Below are positions 57,763 to 64,000 of a stretch of 64,000 nucleotides of DNA, one piece after another. The DNA lies in assembly GCA_944372795.1 (NCBI GenBank), contig CALWAF010000001.1, positions 64,390 through 128,389 of the forward strand, read 5' to 3'. The notes under the pieces were generated by a model. The model was not told the origin of the DNA and searched no databases. It saw nothing but the letters and a program-made list of their open reading frames with translations. Position 1 is the stretch's first letter, and the number at the start of each line of letters is the position of its first letter. This stretch comes from an uncultured Clostridia bacterium. Its GTDB lineage: Bacteria; Bacillota; Clostridia; Christensenellales; CAG-917. The translations under genes were made by a program, and so were the position numbers.

Positions 57763-59847
57763 TTACTTTATCTTGTTCATGGCGACGTCGTATGCCGCCG
57801 CGGTGGCATTTGCTATCCTGCCCACTTTGTCGGCGTCGCCGACGACGAAGAGGTCCTTCACTTTGCCTTCAAGCTCTTTTGCAAGCCCGTTGACGGGACG
57901 TGCGCCGAGGGAGAGGACGACGGCGTCCGCGTCCACGCGGGACTGCTCTTTGGTCTTCACGTTCTCGACCAGCGCGCCTTTCGCGTCGATGGCGACGAGC
58001 TTGGTGGACAGCAAGAACTTCGCACCCGCTTTCTCCAGCTTGGGCATCGCGTCGTCGAGGTGCTGGAACCACGTGCCGGGAGCGACCTCTTTCGCCATCT
58101 CGACAAAGGTGAGTTTGTTGCCCATGGAGGCGAGCAGTTCGCCCGTCTCGAGCCCTGTCATGCCCGTGCCGATGACGGCGACTTTCTTGCCCTCGAGTTT
58201 TACGGAGCCGTCGAGGATCTGCGTGGTGGTGAACACGTTTTTGCCGTCCGCGCCCTTGATGGACCTAGGACGCACGGCGACTGCGCCCGTCGCCACGATG
58301 ACCGCACAGGGAGAGAGCGCGAGGATGTCCGCCGCCGTGGCTTCCTTGCCGAGGCGGATGTCCGCACCCTGCTTTCTCGCATTGACTTCGAGGTCCTCCA
58401 CGCACCAGCCTATCTTTTCCTTTTTTGGTCCCTTGTCCGCGAGGTTGATCTGTCCGCCGCAGACATTCTCTTTCTCGAACACCACGGGCTTGAATCCGCG
58501 CTTGCCCAGCACTTCAGCCGCAGTGAGACCCGCGACGCCTGCGCCCACGATGGCGACCGTCCTGCCCTTGCCGTCCTTGGGGAGCGCGTCCCAGCGTCTC
58601 TCCTCACCGAGGGTGGGATTGACCGAGCAGCAGCCGTGTTCGCCGCGGTAAGCGTTGTCCATCATGCTCTCGATGCAATAAAGACAGCAGATGCAGCGCT
58701 TGACCTCGTTCTCTCTGCCGCTCTGCACCTTCTCCGCCCAATGGGGGTCTGCGATGTGCGGTCTGCCAAGAGAGACGAAATCCTGCACGCCGCGCTCGAG
58801 CTGTTCCTCCGCCTGTTCGGGGGAACGGATGAGGTTGGCGGCAAGCACAGGGATCTTCACCTCTTTCTTGACCGCTTCCGCCATATAGGCTCGCCAGCCG
58901 CAGTCGAAGGAAGTGGGCTCCAGCCAATAGTTGTAGGTGTCGTATGCGGCGGAGGAAACGTCGATGGCGTCCACGCCCATCGCCTCGAATGCCTTTGCGT
59001 ACTTCACGCCCGTCTCGAGACCGTAGCCTTTGCCGGGCTGCCCTATCTTGTCATAGCACTCGTCCACGGCGAGGCGGACGATGAGGGGGTAATCCTTGCC
59101 GCATTCCTTGCGGATGCCTTCGATGATCTCCTTGATGAAACGCAGCCTGTTCTCGAAGCTGCCGCCGTACTCGTCCGTGCGTTTGTTGGTGTTGGGGCTC
59201 AAAAACTGTTGCAGCAGATAGCCGTGCGCGGCGTGAAGCTCCACGCCGTCCACGCCCGCCTTCTTGCACCTGACCGCCGCGTCGATGAACTCGCGGATGA
59301 GCTTCTTTATCTCACGGTGGGAGAACGCCCTGACGTGCCCGCCCGCGACTTTGCTGGGCTCGCACTTCGAGGGTCCGGGAGAGGCGAAGACGAGCCCTTT
59401 CTCCACCATCTTGCGTCCGATGCCGGGCGCGATCTTATAGACGAGCTTGGGGAAGGACTTGCACACCTTGCTGCACATATTGGTGAGTGGCACCATGTGC
59501 ACCATGATGCCGACGTTCTGTCTGCCGGGGTGATGCAGCTGCACGAAGAACTTCGCGCCGTGACGGTGTATCCTCTCCGCAAACTCGCGCATGGGCTCGA
59601 TGTGATAGTCGTGCGACATCGCAAGTTGGTTGAACGCCGCAGCGCCGTGGTCGTCGTTGACGCGGGTGATCTCCGTAAGGATGAGACCCGTGCCGCCCTT
59701 CGCGCGTTCCTCGTAGTAGTCCATCAGCATCTCGGTGGGCTTGCCGTCGGGCGCGCCGAAACCCATCATCATGGGAGGCATGACGATGCGGTTCTTGATC
59801 TCGCAGCTGCCTATCTTCATAGGCGAAAACAGCATTTTGTATTCCAT
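57763..59847 (-). CDS. NADH:flavin oxidoreductase / enoate (2,4-dienoyl-CoA) reductase-type, OYE + FAD/NAD domains
   Basis: 694 aa; LFSPMKIGSCEIKNRIVMPPM, GVDGVELHAAHGYLLQQFLSPNTNKRTDEYGGS, CLYCIESM...CSVNPTLG, AIVGAGVAGLTAAEVL. Confidence 0.88.
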   Translation of the reverse strand: MEYKMLFSPMKIGSCEIKNRIVMPPMMMGFGAPDGKPTEMLMDYYEERAKGGTGLILTEITRVNDDHGAAAFNQLAMSHDYHIEPMREFAERIHRHGAKFFVQLHHPGRQNVGIMVHMVPLTNMCSKVCKSFPKLVYKIAPGIGRKMVEKGLVFASPGPSKCEPSKVAGGHVRAFSHREIKKLIREFIDAAVRCKKAGVDGVELHAAHGYLLQQFLSPNTNKRTDEYGGSFENRLRFIKEIIEGIRKECGKDYPLIVRLAVDECYDKIGQPGKGYGLETGVKYAKAFEAMGVDAIDVSSAAYDTYNYWLEPTSFDCGWRAYMAEAVKKEVKIPVLAANLIRSPEQAEEQLERGVQDFVSLGRPHIADPHWAEKVQSGRENEVKRCICCLYCIESMMDNAYRGEHGCCSVNPTLGEERRWDALPKDGKGRTVAIVGAGVAGLTAAEVLGKRGFKPVVFEKENVCGGQINLADKGPKKEKIGWCVEDLEVNARKQGADIRLGKEATAADILALSPCAVIVATGAVAVRPRSIKGADGKNVFTTTQILDGSVKLEGKKVAVIGTGMTGLETGELLASMGNKLTFVEMAKEVAPGTWFQHLDDAMPKLEKAGAKFLLSTKLVAIDAKGALVENVKTKEQSRVDADAVVLSLGARPVNGLAKELEGKVKDLFVVGDADKVGRIANATAAAYDVAMNKIK

Positions 59848-59928
59848 ATTTTCTCCCTGTGTCGCATTCCCGCCGCGCGGTCTGTTTGGCAGAATGCCGT
59901 GTTTATTCCTCGTTTTGCGCGCGTAAAC

Positions 59929-60450
59929 TCACTTTACGCGCTTATAGTTGCCCGTCATCGCCGCAAGCTGCACCTCGCAGGGCATGTCGCCTTTGTGCAT
60001 CCCGAAGGGCAGCACCGTCTCGATGAGCTCGATGACCGTGTCGTCCTCGCTCTTGCCGACATATGCATATCTGATCTTCGCGCCCGCGCTCTCGAAGGAC
60101 GCCTGCTGCAACACTTTCAGCCCTTCATTCTGCACGGCGGCTATCGCCTTGTCCAAGTCCTTGACGTTGTACTCGATGTGGTGGATCATCTCACCGTGAT
60201 TTTTGAGGAAGGTGGTGTAGATGTTCTCGTCCCCCTGCGGATAGATGAGCTCGATGACGGTGTGTCCCTTGCCGCCGAAGTAGAGGGTGACGTTGCAGTT
60301 GCGCTTCTCGCCGTGATAGGTCATGTCGAGGGGGGTGTCATACACCAGCTCATACCACTTGTCGATGCCGAGCAGGCGGGAATAATGCTCCTTTGCCGCG
60401 GCAAGGTCTCTCACGACGATGCCGGCGTGTCCGATCTTTCCGAATTTCAT
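59929..60450 (-). CDS. VOC / glyoxalase-superfamily protein (methylmalonyl-CoA epimerase-like)
   Basis: MKFGKIGHAGIVVRDLAAAKEHYSRLLGI, HVIELIYPQGDENIYTTFLKNHGEMIHHIEYNV; weak SD only. Confidence 0.8.
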   Translation of the reverse strand: MKFGKIGHAGIVVRDLAAAKEHYSRLLGIDKWYELVYDTPLDMTYHGEKRNCNVTLYFGGKGHTVIELIYPQGDENIYTTFLKNHGEMIHHIEYNVKDLDKAIAAVQNEGLKVLQQASFESAGAKIRYAYVGKSEDDTVIELIETVLPFGMHKGDMPCEVQLAAMTGNYKRVK

Positions 60451-60632
60451 TCTCTCCTCCTGCCGCCGCAAAAAGCGCGGCGTGCAAATTATCGTTCAAC
60501 ATTGTATCATATCGGCAAACGCAAGTCAACACGCGCGCGTCGATGCGAGCGTATAAAAACAGCGGTTTTCAAAGAAATTTCGGCGTTGCACGATGCACGG
60601 ACACCTACGCGCGCACACGACGCTCGCCTAAG

Positions 60633-60929
60633 TCAGCCTTCTATGGTGTAATCCACCGAGACGCTCGACTCCTTCACCGAATGCACGTGTTTCTTGACCA
60701 CGGAGACGTGGTAAGGGTCGTTCTGATAAGCCGCCATCGCCTCGAAGGAATCGAAGGTGACGTCCAGCACGATGTCGAAGCTCCTCTCGCTGTGCAGTTC
60801 GTCTATGCCCACCGCAACGGACTTCACCTCGGGCACTCTGCCCTGCATGGAAAGGAAGATCTCCTTCGTCTTTTGTTTGACCTCGTCGGTGGGGTCTTTG
60901 AGTTTGTAGCAAACGATGTGTCTTACCAT
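60633..60929 (-). CDS. Stress-responsive alpha/beta-barrel (Dabb) domain protein
   Basis: MVRHIVCYKLKDPTDEVKQKTKE...AYQNDPYHVSVVKKHVHSVKESSVSVDYTI; AAGGAGGGATC SD. Confidence 0.85.
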   Translation of the reverse strand: MVRHIVCYKLKDPTDEVKQKTKEIFLSMQGRVPEVKSVAVGIDELHSERSFDIVLDVTFDSFEAMAAYQNDPYHVSVVKKHVHSVKESSVSVDYTIEG

Positions 60930-61031
60930 GATCCCTCCTTGTCGCGTCCGACACCTGCCTCGGCGCGGACTTGTGTTCGGATTTATTTTTGCACGTCCCG
61001 TCGTGGGCAAAACGTGGCGGGAGCGTGCCTA

Positions 61032-62072
61032 TCAACGGGTGCAGTCCAGAGCCACTTTCATCACTCCGTCCGCGCGCGCCTCGAAGAGTTTGTACGCCTC
61101 GTCCGTGCGGGAGAGGGGGAAAGTGTGCGTGATGAGCGCGGATGTGTCGAGCTTCCCCGCCGCAATATGCGCAAGGATGTCCTCTCCGTCGCAGCCGTCC
61201 ACACCGCCCGTCTTGAAAGTGAGATTCTTGCCGTACATTTCGGGGAGAGGCAAGGTCTGCGCCTCGTCGTACATGGCGACCACCGTCACGGTGGACGCAG
61301 GACGCGCCGCCTCCCATGCGAGGCGGAAGGACGCGGGCGTGCCCGCCGCTTCGATGACGCTGTCCGCGCCGCCGAAACGGCACTCCGCGCGCATCTTTTC
61401 AAGAGCTTCGTCCGCACGGAGCGTGATGAGTGACGGATAATGTTTCCGCACAAAATCGAGTCTTACGTCATCAATATCGCAAATAAACACCCTGTTCGGT
61501 GATTTGAGCGAGGCGGACAGCGCGCAGCATATCCCGGTGGGACCCGCGCCTATGACGAGGGTGTCGCTCCCCTCCTCGATGTCCGCGATCTTCGCCGCCC
61601 ACCATCCCGTTGCGAGGATGTCCCCCGCAAGCACCGCGCTCTCGTCGCTCACGCCGTCGGGGATGAGGGTGAGCCCCGTGTCCGCGTGCGGGACGCGGAC
61701 GTATTCCGCCTGCATACCGTCTATGCGACAGCCCATCGCCCAGCCGCCGTCGGGCAGGACGCAGTTGTTCACCTTGCCGTGTTTGCAGAAGAAGCATTCT
61801 CCGCAAAAGGTCTCCACCCCCACGGACACGCGGTCGCCGGGGCGCACGCCTTTTACCGCATCGCCCACCGCCTCCACGACGCCCACCGCTTCGTGTCCCA
61901 CCGTGATGCCGCGCACCGCGCGAGGGACGAAACCGTGTTTGATATGCAGGTCGCTGGTGCAGATGCTCGCAAGCGTCACGCGCACGATGGCGTCGGTGTC
62001 GTTTTGCAGCACCGGGACGGGCTTTTCTACAAGCCCGAATTTCCCCTTGTCAAGATAGGTATAAGCCAGCAT
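61032..62072 (-). CDS. Zinc-dependent medium-chain alcohol dehydrogenase
   Basis: ICTSDLHIKHG, GHEAVGVVEAVGD, GDRVSVGVETFCGECFFCKHGKVNNC. Confidence 0.9.
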   Translation of the reverse strand: MLAYTYLDKGKFGLVEKPVPVLQNDTDAIVRVTLASICTSDLHIKHGFVPRAVRGITVGHEAVGVVEAVGDAVKGVRPGDRVSVGVETFCGECFFCKHGKVNNCVLPDGGWAMGCRIDGMQAEYVRVPHADTGLTLIPDGVSDESAVLAGDILATGWWAAKIADIEEGSDTLVIGAGPTGICCALSASLKSPNRVFICDIDDVRLDFVRKHYPSLITLRADEALEKMRAECRFGGADSVIEAAGTPASFRLAWEAARPASTVTVVAMYDEAQTLPLPEMYGKNLTFKTGGVDGCDGEDILAHIAAGKLDTSALITHTFPLSRTDEAYKLFEARADGVMKVALDCTR

Positions 62073-62088
62073 ATCTTTCCTCTGCGGG

Positions 62089-63075
62089 TCACTGCCCGCG
62101 ATATTTTTCCAGACCCTTTTCGATGTTTTCCGCGATCTTGTCGCGCAGGTGCGCGGGCGAGAGCACTTCCACGAAATTGAGATATTGCATCGCCCAATAC
62201 ACCATGGCGGAGGGGCTTGCCGTCACCTCGGCTTTTAGCCTGCCCTCGCCTGCGGGAAACAATTCGGCGCTCTTGCCGAACCAGTCGATGACGTCGTCCA
62301 CCGCCCTCTCGTCCACCAGAAACTCTATGCGCACGGGTTCGTCGGAGAACATATACGGCAGCGCGGTCGCGAGTTTCTTGTACTCGATGCCCTTCTCGTA
62401 GCCCGAAAGGGAGCGCAGCGGGGTCGCGGGGCGATCCGTCAGCGCCATCTCTGTGATGCGGTCCATGCGGTAGTAGCCCACGTCGTGCCACTTCTCGTTG
62501 CAGCCCATGAGGTAATAGTGCCTGTTGCGCAGCAGCATCTGATAGGGGGACACTAGGTGGGATGCGGATCTGTGCAACTTGCCGTCCGCGCCGTATTTGT
62601 TGTAGTCGAATTCGACCATCACTCCCCTCTCTATCGCCTCGTCCACCAGCTCGATGTTATAAAAGACGTCGCGGTTTTCGGTCTTGTTCCACTCGTCGAC
62701 GGAATAGACGTGCTTGACGTGCGAGCGGAAATATTTGCTGGAAAGGGAGCACAGCCTCTCTATGATGTCCTTGGAATACGCCGCCGTCACGTGCCTGCCG
62801 GACAGCACGCCGTCGATGAGCATACGCAGCTCCGCATCCTCGAAAAGGCGCGTGTCCAGCCAGCTCCCCTTGCGGTCGGAGCCTATGTCGTAGCCCGCCT
62901 CTTTGAGAAGCGAGAGATTGCGCCCTATCGCCTTCCTCTCCACGACGATGCCGTATTCCTTCTCCAAGAGCGCCGCGATCTCTTCCTGCAACAGATGATG
63001 ATCCCTGTCGCTGTACTTTTCAAGGATGTGCAAGATGCGTATGAGCGCAAGTTTTTTGGGTTCCAGACTCTCCAT
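62089..63075 (-). CDS. WYL-domain transcriptional regulator
   Basis: Start MESLEPKKLALIRILHILEKYSDRDHHLLQEEIAALLEKEYGI behind GGAGG; YYLMGCNEKWHDVGYYRMDRI. Confidence 0.85.
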   Translation of the reverse strand: MESLEPKKLALIRILHILEKYSDRDHHLLQEEIAALLEKEYGIVVERKAIGRNLSLLKEAGYDIGSDRKGSWLDTRLFEDAELRMLIDGVLSGRHVTAAYSKDIIERLCSLSSKYFRSHVKHVYSVDEWNKTENRDVFYNIELVDEAIERGVMVEFDYNKYGADGKLHRSASHLVSPYQMLLRNRHYYLMGCNEKWHDVGYYRMDRITEMALTDRPATPLRSLSGYEKGIEYKKLATALPYMFSDEPVRIEFLVDERAVDDVIDWFGKSAELFPAGEGRLKAEVTASPSAMVYWAMQYLNFVEVLSPAHLRDKIAENIEKGLEKYRGQ

Positions 63076-63193
63076 AACTCTTCCGCCTCCTTTCTCGATT
63101 ATACCCCACACGCCGCCGTCAGGCAATAGGCGGACGCAAATTTGTCGGCATTCATGTCCCCTTTTCGGTGCATCACTCGCGCATTGTGAAAGT

Positions 63194-63290
63194 CGCCGCA
63201 CAACTCGCGTCACCGACTCGGATAGAGCCCGTAACGCGGCTACATGAAGACCCCCTGTGATCAGGGGGTCTTCTGGTGCCGCTGACCGGG
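63194..63290. repeat. 97-bp direct repeat, copy A (includes 17-nt 3' end of tRNA-Leu)
   Basis: 95/97 identical to 63417..63513; ends ...ttctggtgccgctgaccggg. Confidence 0.9.
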
Positions 63291-63416
63291 ATCGTAAGGA
63301 GCAAGCGCGCCGCGCGAAGCGACGGAACAGCGAGGATGTAAGGTGAAACGCACGCCGTGCGGGACTCTCGTTGCCGTGCCGTGGATCTGCGAAGCGTCGT
63401 GCGGGATAGACACTCC

Positions 63417-63513
63417 CGCCGCACAACTCGCGTCACCGACTCGGAGAGAGCCCGTAACGCGGCTACATGAAGACCCCCTGCGATCAGGGGGTCTTCTGGT
63501 GCCGCTGACCGGG
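63417..63513. repeat. 97-bp direct repeat, copy B (overlaps intact tRNA-Leu)
   Basis: Contains hairpin aagaccccctg-cgat-cagggggtctt and tRNA-Leu 3' end. Confidence 0.9.
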
Positions 63514-63583
63514 CTTGAACCGGTATGGTATCTCTACCGAGGGATTTTAAGTCCCTTGCGTCTGCCAATTCCACCACAGCGGC
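63497..63583 (-). tRNA. tRNA-Leu (anticodon TAA)
   Basis: 87 nt with encoded CCA; GCCGCTG...CAGCGGCACCA, anticodon loop around TAA. Confidence 0.92.
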
Positions 63584-63623
63584 ACGGCGGATAACGCGAC
63601 GGAGCGGCGCGTCATCTTGCGAC

Positions 63624-63656
63624 AAAAAAACGAGCGACACCGTGAGTGTCGCTCGT
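63624..63656 (-). terminator. Intrinsic terminator between tRNA-Cys and tRNA-Leu
   Basis: Reverse strand ACGAGCGACACTCACGGTGTCGCTCGTTTTTTTG. Confidence 0.75.
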
Positions 63657-63659
63657 TTG

Positions 63660-63734
63660 TGGAGGCACCATCCGGATTTGAACCGGAGAATGAAGGTTTT
63701 GCAGACCTTTGCCTTACCTCTTGGCTATGGTGCC
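63660..63734 (-). tRNA. tRNA-Cys (anticodon GCA)
   Basis: 75 nt with encoded CCA; GGCACCA...TGGTGCCTCCA, loop CTGCAAA. Confidence 0.93.
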
Positions 63735-63820
63735 ATGGGCTGCGCCTCTCGCGTGCCATATCAATATATCAAAAGGCGAGAGTTTTGGCAACCGATTTTG
63801 AAAATTTAGCGCGTACGGGC

Positions 63821-64000
63821 TCATTTTTTGCGCGTACGCAGCTTTTCGGCGAATTCGACGAGGGCTTCCCCGTAAGGCAGACGGGCGGCGTATCCGAGGG
63901 CGGATGATGTGCATTCGTCAAGCAGAGCGCGTCCTCTCTCCTCCCCGATGACGGCGACGAGGGAATTTTCCTCTCCCTCGTCAAGCAGGTCGTCGGCGAT
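63821..64000 (-). CDS. C-terminal part of an unidentified protein (cut by window edge)
   Basis: Open reverse-strand frame ...IADDLLDEGEENSLVAVIGEERGRALLDECTSSALGYAARLPYGEALVEFAEKLRTRKK*. Confidence 0.5.
   Translation of the reverse strand: MADDLLDEGEENSLVAVIGEERGRALLDECTSSALGYAARLPYGEALVEFAEKLRTRKK

Noticed and set aside
57493-60651. 1052 aa plus-strand ORF
   Set aside because: Antisense to the flavin oxidoreductase and VOC genes, which have clear motifs.

Overview
64 kb chromosomal window, most likely from a high-GC, endospore-forming Clostridia-type gut Firmicute (inferred from gene content; no taxonomy search was possible). Left to right: (1) a minus-strand purine block purE-purM-purN plus a partial PurO-type IMP cyclohydrolase. 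Its promoter is followed by a ~220 nt leader containing an intrinsic terminator. (2) Small regulatory and zinc-ribbon genes, an esterase lipoprotein, an alpha/beta hydrolase and an amidohydrolase. (3) A tandem duplication of a [discoidin-like/GH18 lipoprotein + companion lipoprotein] pair, then a lone tyrosine recombinase. (4) A complete spoIIIAA-AH operon. (5) A structured ~0.65 kb intergenic region. (6) A 10-gene electron-bifurcating-type [FeFe] hydrogenase operon interleaved with HATPase, DRTGG and PHP genes and a second, divergent hydrogenase-like protein. (7) nadE, glycerol dehydrogenase and a fused DhaK-DhaL kinase. (8) An ~20.6 kb carbohydrate-type locus (34.3-54.9 kb): LacI regulator, GH13, a 12-gene minus-strand array (three SGNH-fold proteins, tandem beta-helix protein, Dpp/Opp-type ABC transporter, large Ig-like/repeat lipoprotein) and GH32, with matching GAAAACGTT operators at both ends. 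(9) An aminotransferase, a LOG-like protein, a flavin oxidoreductase/VOC/Dabb/Zn-ADH cluster, a WYL regulator and tRNAs. The most interesting candidates are the 34-55 kb locus (including a repeated, possibly new beta-sandwich module and an SGNH protein whose nucleophile position reads Asp), the purE leader attenuator, and the inverted-repeat elements that overlap the stop codons of nadE and hydA. No CRISPR array, prophage or defence island was seen.
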